Assembly: GCA_965203905.1 (NCBI GenBank)
Contig: CBDBDQ010000005.1
Span: 3,392,001-3,456,000, forward strand
From: Spirochaetia bacterium
GTDB lineage: Bacteria; Spirochaetota; Spirochaetia; SZUA-6; Bin103
Direction: 5' to 3'
Length of the DNA stretch: 64,000 nucleotides
The notes beneath the pieces are model-generated. The model had not been told where the DNA came from and searched no databases. It saw nothing but the letters and a program-made list of their open reading frames with translations. The first letter of the stretch is position 1. Every line of letters starts with the position of its first letter. Below are positions 1-9,313 of this stretch, in pieces. A program made the position numbers and the translations under genes.

Positions 1-402
1 GGCGACCGCGGCGCGCACCGCGGCAAGCTGCTCCAGGGTGGTGAACGGCGACTTGTCGGTGAAGTAGTCCTTGCCGCCGGCCATCACTTGCAGGCCGATC
101 GCCGCGCGCTCGGACGGCACCGCGGCTGCCGCCACCAGCCGGATCTCGGGATCGTCGAGGATCGCGGCCAACGAGTCCACCGGCTGTGCCTGCGGGAACT
201 GCTCGCGGAACGCCGCCACCTTGGCCGGGTCGGGGTCGAACACCTGCCGCAGCGTGGCGCCGGCCTGCAGCAGAGCGGTGGTCTGCCCATTGATGTGCCC
301 GTGATCGAGGAATGCGGCGGCGAAGGGGAACTCCCCCGGTTGCACCACCGGCCGCGCCGCCCCGCGCGGAACGAAGAAAAGGCCATCTCGCGGATCTGAC
401 AT
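1..402 (-). CDS. Gfo/Idh/MocA family oxidoreductase (5' part; runs off window)
   Basis: Own translation from ATG 402: MSDPRDGLFFVPRGAARPVVQPGEFPFAAAFLDHGHINGQTTALLQAGATLRQVFDPDPAKV...ILDDPEIRLVAAAAVPSERAAIGLQVMAGGKDYFTDKSPFTT (DKP-like motif); GGAG upstream. Confidence 0.8.
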   Translation of the reverse strand, partial: MSDPRDGLFFVPRGAARPVVQPGEFPFAAAFLDHGHINGQTTALLQAGATLRQVFDPDPAKVAAFREQFPQAQPVDSLAAILDDPEIRLVAAAAVPSERAAIGLQVMAGGKDYFTDKSPFTTLEQLAAVRAAVA

Positions 403-593
403 ACCTGCTCCGGCGCCATGGTAGCCTAGTCGGAAACTATGTCCAGGAGACGAACGAGGTGCACCGATTTTCATGGTCTCTGGCGGCACGGAGTGGCCCT
501 GCGTACTGATCTGACCATACCGACCACTCGGCGATGCCGTTACCGCGGTTCATCGTCTTCCGCGTCACCGAGTGACTGCTTCAGGCGCGTGAA

Positions 594-1436
594 TTGAGTG
601 CCCCTGACGGGCAGCCGTTCACTGGCGGCGTGCTGTTGTTCGGCGCACACCCGCAACGGCTGTATCCCGAGGCCTACGTCCGGGTGCTGAGGTACTCCGG
701 GAAGGAGCGACTCACGGGCACCGTACAGAACCTGGTCGGTGACGTGCGCTGCGAGGGTACCCTGCCACAGCAGATCGACGAGGCCCGATTGGCGATACGC
801 GAGGTGCTGCCCAAGCAGAAGGCGCTCGGGCCCGATGGACGCTTCGGGTGGTTCGACATCGTGCCGGAAGAGGTCTGGCTGGAGGCACTGGTGAATGCAG
901 TAATACACCGCGCCTACAGCAATTTCGGCGACCGCATCAGGGTCACGGTGTTCGACGACCGGGTTGAGGTGTCGAGTCCGGGCCGGTTCCCCGGCCTGGC
1001 GTCGGCGCGCGGCCTGACCGACCTGGCCAACGTACCGCGGTTCGCCCGCAATCCGCGCATTGCGCGGGTCATGGCCGATCTGGAGTACGGCCAGGGACTG
1101 GGGGAAGGGCTGCGCCGCATGGCAGCCGTGATGGAAGCGAGCGGACGCCGCCGGCCGCTGCTCCGGCAGACCGCCGGCGGCGTGGAGATTACCCTGTCCG
1201 GAACCCGCGTGCAGCCTGACGAATTGCAGGAGATGCCCTCTCTCTCACGCCAACTGTACGAGCACTTGGTCGTGGCTGGCCGGCTGCGGACCGGGGAGCT
1301 GATCAACCTCTCCGGACGTTCGCGTCCGAGCGTGCTGCAGCATCTCTACTGGCTGGAGGCTCGCGGGCTGGTTCGGCGCGTCGGCAATTGCCCCACCGAT
1401 CCGCATGCCTATTGGACGGCGGAGAAGGAGAACTGA
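594..1436 (+). CDS. RecG-C/HATPase_c_4 ATP-binding protein with C-terminal wHTH; N-terminal AlbA-like domain missing (probably 5'-truncated)
   Basis: Motifs EALVNAVIHRAY, FDDRVEVSSPG, RNPRIA, GEGLRRM; C-terminal HTH-like segment; TTG start in a degenerate context. Confidence 0.7.
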   Translation: MSAPDGQPFTGGVLLFGAHPQRLYPEAYVRVLRYSGKERLTGTVQNLVGDVRCEGTLPQQIDEARLAIREVLPKQKALGPDGRFGWFDIVPEEVWLEALVNAVIHRAYSNFGDRIRVTVFDDRVEVSSPGRFPGLASARGLTDLANVPRFARNPRIARVMADLEYGQGLGEGLRRMAAVMEASGRRRPLLRQTAGGVEITLSGTRVQPDELQEMPSLSRQLYEHLVVAGRLRTGELINLSGRSRPSVLQHLYWLEARGLVRRVGNCPTDPHAYWTAEKEN

Positions 1437-1600
1437 TGACGTGCGACCCGGCGGTAGCGGCGGCGGGCTGCAACGCCGCGACCGGCCGTTCCGGGCTTGC
1501 ACCTGGGGCGAGTTCGTGGCATTGATGGGGGAAGCCGGCGTGCGTTGCGGTTGCCCCCGAGTGGGCCGCCGCGCACGTCCTGGCGCCGGGAGGTGAGGGA

Positions 1601-2623
1601 ATGTCCGAGGCCGATCTGGGGACTCGCGACGCGCGCGGGGAGTGGCAGCCCGCGGAACTGATTCAGACGCCGCCGGTGTTCGTGTGGCCGCCGCGGCCGC
1701 TGGCGTTCCTGAAGTGGCTGTTCGGGTTTCCCGGCTACCTGATGCCGTACAACGTGTTCTTCATGGCCGTGGCGATCGTGTCGTGGCTGTTTCTGACACC
1801 GGAGCTGGAGCGCATGACTCGCTTCGAGCCGGGCTGGATGATCCTCATCTACCTCCGCAACGCGTCGATCATGACCCTGTTCTTCGGTGCCTGGCACCTG
1901 CGGCTCTACGTCCAGAAGGCGCAGGGCAAGCGCTACAAGTACAACAACCGCTGGCCCAGCACCAACAACAAGGCGTTCCTGTTTCGCAACCAGACCCGCG
2001 ACAACATGTTCTGGAGCCTGGTGAGCGGCTGCGGTGTCTGGTCGCTGTACGAAGCGTTGACGCTGTGGATGTACGCCAACGGGCATCTGCCCTACGTCGA
2101 TTTCCGCACCAATCCGGTGTACTTCGTGCTGCTGCTGGCGGCGGTGCAGCTGATGCGCGAGGTGCACTTCTACTGGGTGCACCGGCTGATCCACTGGAAG
2201 CCACTGTACAAGGCGGCTCACTACCTGCATCACAAGAACGTCAACGTCGGACCGTGGTCGGGGCTGGCGATGCATCCGATCGAGCACCTGCTCTACTTCA
2301 CCGGGGTATTCCTGCACTGGATCATTCCGTCGCACCCGGTACACGCAATCATGCACCTGGTGCATCTGGGGCTGTCACCGGCCCCGGGCCACTCCGGCTT
2401 CGACGAGGTGGAGCTCAAGGGAGAGGAGACGCGGCTGCCCAACCACAACCTGTTCCACTACCTGCACCACCGCTACTTCGAGTGCAACTACGGCGGCGAC
2501 GGCTCCGTCCCCATCGACCGCTGGTTCGGCACCTTCCACAACGGTTCGCGGGACGCGCACACCCGGATGCGCGCCCGCACCCACTCGCGCATGCGCACTC
2601 GGACCCAGGCGCGCACCGCCTGA
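1601..2623 (+). CDS. Sterol desaturase / fatty acid hydroxylase family protein
   Basis: His boxes HRLIH, HYLHH, HSG, HYLHH; hydrophobic helices; GAGG RBS. Confidence 0.9.
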   Translation: MSEADLGTRDARGEWQPAELIQTPPVFVWPPRPLAFLKWLFGFPGYLMPYNVFFMAVAIVSWLFLTPELERMTRFEPGWMILIYLRNASIMTLFFGAWHLRLYVQKAQGKRYKYNNRWPSTNNKAFLFRNQTRDNMFWSLVSGCGVWSLYEALTLWMYANGHLPYVDFRTNPVYFVLLLAAVQLMREVHFYWVHRLIHWKPLYKAAHYLHHKNVNVGPWSGLAMHPIEHLLYFTGVFLHWIIPSHPVHAIMHLVHLGLSPAPGHSGFDEVELKGEETRLPNHNLFHYLHHRYFECNYGGDGSVPIDRWFGTFHNGSRDAHTRMRARTHSRMRTRTQARTA

Positions 2624-2638
2624 ACGGCGCGCCTGCGG

Positions 2639-3646
2639 CTACAGGTCGGAGGCGGACAGCAGCACTTCCATGACGTCCAGCGCCTCGTCCAGGGAGGGCG
2701 GGGCCGGGGCGTCGCGCCCCGCCAGGCGCTGCAGGAAGCAGTGGATCACCTCGATGAAGCCCTCGATCCAGCCCATGCCGTGAAACAGCGGCTGCTGCGA
2801 GCCGTAGCGGTCGCGCCCGCGGCGCACGAGGGCGACCTGGTTGCCGCGGCCCACCTCAAGCTGGTCCGCGATGCCGTACACCCAGCGCACCGCGCGCTCG
2901 CTGCCGATCGCCGAGAGCTGCAGGTCGCTGGCGCCGTGCACGGTTTTCGAGGCGGAGCCGAACGAGCGGCAGCCGGCGAACTGCAGGTAGATCTGGACGA
3001 AGGTGTCGCGGTTCGGAGCCGGCGCGTTGACGAAGGAGAGCCAGCGCCGTGCCGCCTGCGGCCGCTCGCCGGCCAGGAACAGCACCAGGTCCACCCAGTG
3101 GCTGGCGAGGTCGACGTAGGTGTCGAAGGGACCGCCCAGGACCGGGTCGCTCTTCCAGCCCTTGTCCGGGGGCGGCGGATCCAGCACCGCCAGCTCGGCG
3201 GCCGAGGACTGCCAGTAGGTGCCCTCGATGGCGATCAGCTCGCCCAGCTCCCCGGCGGCGATCATCTGCCGCATGCGCTGCGGGCCCCACATCTGGCGGT
3301 AGCCGTGGAGCACGGCCACCTGCAGCCGGTCGCCGTGGGCGCTCACCAGGGCGCGCAACTCGTCCAGCTCGGCGCGGTTCACGCACGGCGGCTTGTCCAG
3401 GACGATGGCGCGGAAGCCGGCGCGCTGCGCTTCCAGCACGTAGCGGGCGTGCAACCCGTGCGGGTTGCCGATGCACAGCAGCGGCAGGTCGTGGCCGGCG
3501 GCCAGTCCGGCGAGGGGTTGCCCGCGGGCCAGCCGTACCGGCGGCTCGACGCTGATCTCGGGGTCGATGATGTCGATGACCGCGAGCGCCTTGGCGATCG
3601 CCTGCCCGGACATGCCGCTGCCCACGATGAACGGTTTGATCTGCAT
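2639..3646 (-). CDS. Gfo/Idh/MocA family oxidoreductase
   Basis: IVGSGMSG Rossmann motif, NPHGLH, LDKP, DLASH. Confidence 0.8.
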   Translation of the reverse strand: MQIKPFIVGSGMSGQAIAKALAVIDIIDPEISVEPPVRLARGQPLAGLAAGHDLPLLCIGNPHGLHARYVLEAQRAGFRAIVLDKPPCVNRAELDELRALVSAHGDRLQVAVLHGYRQMWGPQRMRQMIAAGELGELIAIEGTYWQSSAAELAVLDPPPPDKGWKSDPVLGGPFDTYVDLASHWVDLVLFLAGERPQAARRWLSFVNAPAPNRDTFVQIYLQFAGCRSFGSASKTVHGASDLQLSAIGSERAVRWVYGIADQLEVGRGNQVALVRRGRDRYGSQQPLFHGMGWIEGFIEVIHCFLQRLAGRDAPAPPSLDEALDVMEVLLSASDL

Positions 3647-3674
3647 GCGGAACCTCGACGCCAGGGTAGCCGAT

Positions 3675-4616
3675 TCAGGTGTGGTCGCGCAGCTTGCTGC
3701 CCGGACCCTCAAGGCCCCACCTGGCCCGTGCCTCGTCCATCGTCAGCGAATCGACGGCGCCGTCCGCCACCCGGTAGCGGTGGCGCAGCAACCGGTCCGG
3801 CTGGGCGACGGTCATGAAGCGCTCGTCGACCGGGTCGGCCGCCGGCTGGAAGCGGATGTCGGAGCTGATGCGGTAGCGATCGCTGGTGTTCTCCAGGGCA
3901 CAGTGCAGGGTGAAGGCGGGAAACACCAGCAGGTCGCCGGCACGGAAGTTGGCGCTGAGCCAGCGGCCGCCGAAGTGCTCGGTCACCTCCAGCAGGTCGA
4001 ACGAGAAGTGGCCGGCGGCGTTTTCCGCCCCCTTGATCCGGTCGCGGTCCGGGTCGTGGCGCCCGTAGGTGCGCCGCAGGCGCTCGAATTCGGGCCGGTC
4101 GTGGGAGCCGGCACAGATCGCCAGCGGACCCTGCGCCACCTCGGTGTCACCCCACGGCATCCAGCAGCTCAGCACTCGCTCGGAGCCGCGGCCGATGTAG
4201 ACGTTGTCGAAGTGGATGCCGGTGCGGCCGCCGGTGGCCTTGATGCGGGTCAGGACCCGCGGATAGCGCATCGCCGGCGCGCCGAAAAGGCGCTCGAAGA
4301 AGGGCAGGAAGGGTTGCTCGTCAAAGAATCGGGCGATGGCGGGCAGGCGCGCGTCCACGCTCGGCGCGCCGCTGCGCCGCCCGATGCGCGCCACCATCGG
4401 GTCGCTGCCGGGCGCCAGCCAGCCCTCGGCGGCTATCCGTTCGACGATGAGGCGGCGTATGGCCAGCACCGCCTCGCGGTCGGCGAAGCCGCGCAGCAGC
4501 AGGTATCCGTCGCGCTCCAGGCGCCGGCGCAGCGCGTCGACGTCGCCGAGGCCGGTGTCGCAGTCGGCCAGCTCACCGAGGTAGTCGCTCGGGAAAGCGA
4601 AGCTGCGGCGGCTCAT
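3675..4616 (-). CDS. Phytanoyl-CoA dioxygenase (PhyH) family 2OG-Fe(II) enzyme
   Basis: DGYLLLRG, HFD, WMPWGD, GSH, GDLLVF..LH, RISSDIRFQP; start taken at MSRRSFAF. Confidence 0.88.
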   Translation of the reverse strand: MSRRSFAFPSDYLGELADCDTGLGDVDALRRRLERDGYLLLRGFADREAVLAIRRLIVERIAAEGWLAPGSDPMVARIGRRSGAPSVDARLPAIARFFDEQPFLPFFERLFGAPAMRYPRVLTRIKATGGRTGIHFDNVYIGRGSERVLSCWMPWGDTEVAQGPLAICAGSHDRPEFERLRRTYGRHDPDRDRIKGAENAAGHFSFDLLEVTEHFGGRWLSANFRAGDLLVFPAFTLHCALENTSDRYRISSDIRFQPAADPVDERFMTVAQPDRLLRHRYRVADGAVDSLTMDEARARWGLEGPGSKLRDHT

Positions 4617-4636
4617 TTCAGCTCTCATCATGGGCC

Positions 4637-5779
4637 TCAAATATAGCCGGTGGAGCCGTCCGGCCGCGACGGCGAGGAACGCTCCCAGTGCACGTAGCGG
4701 TCGTCGCGCAGCGCCGCCTCGTCCACCTCGATGCCGAAGCCGGAGCGTTCGCTCACCTCCAGGTAGCCGTCCACCGGCAGCAGCACACCGTCGAAGCGGC
4801 TGCGGGCGGCGGCATCCGGCAGCACGTACTCCAGCACCTTGAAGTTGGGTGTGGCCAGGGCGAAGTGGGCGCTGACCGCGGTGGCGAGCGGTCCCATTGG
4901 GTTGTGCGGCGCCACGGTGACGTAGTGCGCCTCGGCGATGGCGGCGATCTTTCGCATCTCCAGGAGACCGCCGCACACGCACACGTCCGGCTGGATGATG
5001 TCGGCGCCGCGCGCGGCCAGCAGGTCGAGGAACTCGAAGCGGCCGTAGAGGCACTCGCCGGTGGCCAGGAGGAGCACCCGCATCTGGGAGCGGAGCTGGC
5101 GCCAGGCGGGAATGTGCTCGGGGCGCAGCGGCTCCTCGTAGAAGTAGGGGTCGAATGGCGCCAGCGCGTTGGCGAGCTGCAGCGCGCGGATCGGCTCCAG
5201 GATCCTGGCGTGCGGATCGAACGCGAATTCCCACTGCTCCAGGGTGTGCGCACGCAGCTCCGCGAAGTAGACGGCGGCCGCCTCGCACACCCGGCCCCAG
5301 CGCTCGGCGTCGGGGTCGAGCCGGTAGGGGCTGGTCTTGAACGCGGTGAAGCCCCACTCCTCATGCAGGCGATGGGCGCGTTCGGCCGTCTCCCTGCCGC
5401 CGGCGCCGCCGATCCCGTGGTAGACCCGTACCCGGTCGCGCGCCGCGCCGCCCAGCAGCCGGTACACCGGCAGCCCCGCCGCCTTGCCGGAGATGTCCCA
5501 CAGGGCGTGGTCGAAGGCGGAGATGGTCGCCAGTCCGATGCCGCCCGGCGGGAAGCGGAACTGCTGATGGATCTTAAGCATCAGGTACTCGATGCGGCGC
5601 GGATCCTCGCCGCCGACCAGTGCGAACAGGTAGTCGGCGATGGGGGGTGCGCTCAGGTCGGGGCCGGTGGAGTAGACCTCGCCCCAGCCGTGGATGCCCT
5701 CGTCGGTGGTCACCTTGAGCAGGACCCGGGGGCGGGCCCCGAGCCGCGTCAGGTGGCTGGAGATGCCGGTGATCTTCAT
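4637..5779 (-). CDS. Mandelate racemase/muconate lactonizing family dehydratase (galactonate dehydratase-like)
   Basis: MKIT..., TDEGIHGWGE, ALWDISGK, DPH, YEEP, TGE, IIQPD, APHN. Confidence 0.9.
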   Translation of the reverse strand: MKITGISSHLTRLGARPRVLLKVTTDEGIHGWGEVYSTGPDLSAPPIADYLFALVGGEDPRRIEYLMLKIHQQFRFPPGGIGLATISAFDHALWDISGKAAGLPVYRLLGGAARDRVRVYHGIGGAGGRETAERAHRLHEEWGFTAFKTSPYRLDPDAERWGRVCEAAAVYFAELRAHTLEQWEFAFDPHARILEPIRALQLANALAPFDPYFYEEPLRPEHIPAWRQLRSQMRVLLLATGECLYGRFEFLDLLAARGADIIQPDVCVCGGLLEMRKIAAIAEAHYVTVAPHNPMGPLATAVSAHFALATPNFKVLEYVLPDAAARSRFDGVLLPVDGYLEVSERSGFGIEVDEAALRDDRYVHWERSSPSRPDGSTGYI

Positions 5780-5902
5780 GGCGCCGACGATACTACCGCA
5801 ACCGGGGCGGCTTGACGCCCGCACCCGCCACCAGTGGCCGGCCGCATGCAGGTGGCCGCCGGCGCCGATCCGCGCTACCATGCGCGCCGCACAGGAGGGC
5901 AC

Positions 5903-6226
5903 GTGGCATTCTACGAACTGCGCCGCTACCGGGTGAGGCCCGGCAAGATGGATGAGTGGGTGCGTTACATGGAGGAGGTGATCATTCCCTTCCAGGTCGC
6001 GCGCGGCATGGTGATCGCCGGCAGCTTCCGCGGCGAGGAGGACGACTCCACCTACGTCTGGCTGCGCCGTTTCGAGTCGGAGCCGGAGCGCGAGAAGCTT
6101 TACGCGGCGGTGTATGAGTCGGACCAGTGGGAGCAGGAGATCAGCCCGCGCGTCGGCGAGTTGATCGACCGCTCGGCGATCGAGGTGACGCGGCTGGTGG
6201 CAACCCCCAGGTCCGTGCTGCGCTAG
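5903..6226 (+). CDS. NIPSNAP family protein
   Basis: FYELRRYRVRPGKMDEW...YVWLRRFES...LVATPRS; GGAGG RBS before GTG 5903. Confidence 0.85.
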   Translation: MAFYELRRYRVRPGKMDEWVRYMEEVIIPFQVARGMVIAGSFRGEEDDSTYVWLRRFESEPEREKLYAAVYESDQWEQEISPRVGELIDRSAIEVTRLVATPRSVLR

Positions 6227-6331
6227 GAGTCTGGCGGAGTGGCGCGTCAGCGGCAGATCCGACAGGACTCCGTACGTGAGGCGGGGTTGGGCCGAAAGCG
6301 ACGCCGCGAGGCGCCGGTTTCGGGGCGTTAG
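6223..6331 (+). repeat. Dispersed ~110-bp hairpin element (MITE/REP-like), copy A
   Basis: Highly similar to the reverse complement of 44802-44911; begins CTAG, ends TTAG; internal inverted repeat GGAGTCTGGCGGA...TCCGACAGGACTCC. Confidence 0.85.
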
Positions 6332-6339
6332 CGCGGGCG

Positions 6340-7239
6340 ATGTCGGGGCCGCAGTCGGCCGCTGCCTCGTGCCTGCCGGGCGAGACGTTGCACCTCGGCG
6401 AGCTGGCGGTGCAGGTGTGCGCCGACGCGACCTTCCGGCTCGACGGCGGGATGATGTACGGCACCGTGCCGCGGGTGATGTGGGAGCGCTTCGCCGTGCC
6501 GGACGAGCGCAACCGGGTGCCTGTCGCAGCGCGCAGCATGCTGGTGCGCGGTCGCGATGCCGGCGGTGCCCCGGCGCTGGTGTTGGTCGACACGGGCCTG
6601 GGCGATCTCGCCACCGGCGCACGCTTCCGCGAGCTGTACGGCGTGACCGACCCGGCCTGGCGGCTGCTGGCGGAGCTGGCGGCGCTGGGGGTGTCCCCGG
6701 ATACGGTGACCCACGTGGTGCTGACCCATCTGCACTTCGACCATGCCGGCGGCGCGGTGCGGGGCTCCGGCGCCGCCGCACGTCCCACCTTCCCGGAGGC
6801 GCGCTACCTGGTGCACGGCGGCGAGCTGGCCTACGCGCGCGCCCCCGACCGCCGCAGCCAGGCCAGCTACAAGGCGGAGAACTGGGAACCGCTGGCCGCG
6901 GCCGGGGTGCTCGATACGGTAGCTGGGGAGGTGGAGGTGATTCCGGGAGTGTGGCTGCGCGACGCGCCGGGCCACACCGACCATCACCAGGTGGTGACGG
7001 TGTCCGGTGGCGGCCGCACCGTGCTGTTCACCGCCGACCTGTTCCCGTTCGCGGGCCATCTCAAGCCACACTACGTACCCGCCCTCGACGTCGATCCGCG
7101 GCGTACGATGGCGACCCGGCACCGTTACCTGGAAAAGATCGCGGCCGAGGGCTGGCTGCTGCTGTTCCAGCACGACGCCGCCCACGCGCTGGTGCAGGTG
7201 GACGCCAACCTCGGATTGACCCCGGTAGACCTGGCGTGA
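6340..7239 (+). CDS. MBL-fold metallo-hydrolase (YtnP-like)
   Basis: LDGGMMYG.VP, VDTG, THLHFDHAGG, PGHT, TADL. Confidence 0.9.
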   Translation: MSGPQSAAASCLPGETLHLGELAVQVCADATFRLDGGMMYGTVPRVMWERFAVPDERNRVPVAARSMLVRGRDAGGAPALVLVDTGLGDLATGARFRELYGVTDPAWRLLAELAALGVSPDTVTHVVLTHLHFDHAGGAVRGSGAAARPTFPEARYLVHGGELAYARAPDRRSQASYKAENWEPLAAAGVLDTVAGEVEVIPGVWLRDAPGHTDHHQVVTVSGGGRTVLFTADLFPFAGHLKPHYVPALDVDPRRTMATRHRYLEKIAAEGWLLLFQHDAAHALVQVDANLGLTPVDLA

Positions 7240-7299
7240 CCAGACTGATGCGCGCCGGTTCGGTGCAACCTCGGCGCGCTCCGCGCTATCATGCCAGCG

Positions 7300-8409
7300 G
7301 TGAGCGACGCCCGCGAAGCGATCATCGATTGCGACGTACACGTCTACCCGCGCGACCCGGAGGAATTGCAGCGCTACCTGCCGCTGCCGTGGAAGCACTG
7401 GTACCGCGGCGAGTCACGCCCCTTCTACCAGCACAAGCCGCCGCTGCACGGCTCGCGCCAGGACGCCTTTCCGCCTGACGGGGGGAAGCCCGGCACCGAC
7501 CCCGATACCCTGCGCCGCCAGTTGATCGATGCCTACGGAATCCGCCACGCCATCCTGCTGCCGCGCTCCTTCGTCAACATGTACCCCGATCCCGACTACG
7601 CCACGGCGCTGGCGCGCGCCTTCAACGACTGGCTGCTGGACACCTGGCTGACGCGTTACAACGGCGACGGATGTTTCCGCGGCTCCCTCACCGTCGCGCA
7701 GCAGGACCCGCATTTGGCCGCCGCCGAGATCGAGCGCCTGGGCAACAACGATCACTTGGTCCAGGTGATGGTGGACTCCGGCGCCCGCGCGCCGTTCGGG
7801 CAGCGCCAGTACCTGCCCATCTACGAGCAGTGCGCCGCCCACGGGCTGCCATTCGCGATCCACCCCGGCACCGACGGCGCCGGCATCAACGTGCAGCACA
7901 CCCAGGGCTACCCCACCCACCTGATCGAGTGGCACTCGCTGCTGTCGCTGGGGTTCCAGTCGCACCTGGTGAGCTTCATCACCGAGGGCGTGTTCGAGCG
8001 CTTCCCGGACTTCACCGTAGTGCTGGTGGAGGGCGGCGTCGCCTGGCTGGCGCCGCTGATCTGGCGGCTCACCGATCACTGGCGCTCCATGCGCGCCGAG
8101 GTGCCGTGGATGGTGCGGCCGCCCCTGGAGTACCTGCACCGCAACGTGCGCCTCACCACCCAACCGTTGGAGAACCCCGACGATCCCGCTCACCTGGCCA
8201 CCCTGCTGCAGAGCATCGACGCGCAGCGGATGCTGATGTTCGCCAGCGACTACCCGCACTTCGACTTCGACTCGCCGGCCGCGGTCAGCCGCCGCCTTCC
8301 CCGTGCCATGCTGCCGGCGATCCTGCACGACAACGCCGCCCGCCTGTACGGCCTCGCCACCGTCGCGGACCAGGCCGCCGACCACCCGGAGTCCCCCGTG
8401 AAGCGCTGA
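7300..8409 (+). CDS. Amidohydrolase_2 family protein
   Basis: IIDCDVH, IHPG, VEGG, FASDYPHFD, NAARLY; GTG 7300 lies 7 nt after TATCAT (ATG 7291 is the alternative start). Confidence 0.9.
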   Translation: MSDAREAIIDCDVHVYPRDPEELQRYLPLPWKHWYRGESRPFYQHKPPLHGSRQDAFPPDGGKPGTDPDTLRRQLIDAYGIRHAILLPRSFVNMYPDPDYATALARAFNDWLLDTWLTRYNGDGCFRGSLTVAQQDPHLAAAEIERLGNNDHLVQVMVDSGARAPFGQRQYLPIYEQCAAHGLPFAIHPGTDGAGINVQHTQGYPTHLIEWHSLLSLGFQSHLVSFITEGVFERFPDFTVVLVEGGVAWLAPLIWRLTDHWRSMRAEVPWMVRPPLEYLHRNVRLTTQPLENPDDPAHLATLLQSIDAQRMLMFASDYPHFDFDSPAAVSRRLPRAMLPAILHDNAARLYGLATVADQAADHPESPVKR

Positions 8410-8911
8410 CCGTCGTGCTCGCCGTCGATGAAGCAGCCAGGGGTACCGGCAGCCGCAGCACATTGAGCGAGCGTGAGCCGGGGGGGGGGCAGGTCTGCAT
8501 TTTGGCGGCGAGCGTAACGATGGGGTAGGCATGAGGGCGCGCGTCATCGTGCAGTTTCGACTGCGGGTTGTCGCACCCGGAGCTGGCCGCGGTAGTCGCC
8601 TACTCGGCGGGATGAACGATGGCGTATCTAGTGCAACGCCCCGGCGGTTGGCGGCGCCGGGCGCCGACTCCATCGGGTTGCGGACAATTTGGACCCGAAT
8701 CAGCCCGTGCCGGGCAATAGAGTGTCGGTGTCGGCAGAGGCTACCGGTGGAGCAATCCGTTCTCTGCCCACCTCCTCTGCTTTGCCTGCGCCCGGCGCAT
8801 GACATCGCTGCGCGGGTAGTGGATGGTTTTGGGATTGAAGCTCATAGGAGCTGGCGGATAGCATAGGACGAGGCTTGCAGCAGTCGGAGCCTGAGACCAG
8901 CGGAGAAGCCA

Positions 8912-9313
8912 ATGCCATTCGAATTTGTCATAGACGGGCCTCCTGTGTCGTAGCAAGCTCGAAGGCGAAGCCGAGTCAAGGAGTGGACGCAGCAGGTGCA
9001 GAGTGTTGCCGAGAGGCGTTGGGAAACTGAGCCGCCCTTTGTTGGAGAAGTCATGGTGACTATTACGTACTTGTACGAAGGCGCGTCACTCGATGTTGAC
9101 AACATATCGAAGCCAATCTTGGATGCTTTGAAAGGACTAGTGTATTCAGACGACACACAAGTCTCCGACTTGCTTTGCCGTAAGAGGGACCTGAAGGGCG
9201 ATCTTCGAATTCAAGATCCTTTATTGTTATTGCTGAAAACTCTCGAGCACTCAGAACAGTTCCTTCACATCATCGTGGATAATACCCTAAACCAGGAGGT
9301 GGCAGGATGGTAG
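8912..9313 (+). pseudogene. RusA-like Holliday junction resolvase family gene with in-frame TAG at codon 14 (8951-8953)
   Basis: ATG 8912 reads MPFEFVIDGPPVS*QARRRSRVKEW..., in frame with DVDNISKPILDALKGLVYSDDTQV (RusA acidic/Lys motif); GGAG upstream of 8912. Confidence 0.8.

Noticed and set aside
4637-6781. Apparent long N-terminal extensions or fusions (714-aa, 560-aa, 741-aa, 890-aa ORFs)
   Set aside because: ORF caller extended to distant upstream starts; family homology begins at the shorter starts used here
8410-8910. Short ORFs (8531-8866 and others) or an IS end upstream of the RusA-like gene
   Set aside because: No recognisable motifs, coding bias or matching second inverted repeat
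8951-8953. Amber recoding or pyrrolysine
   Set aside because: TAG is used as a normal stop by several genes here and no pyl genes are in the window
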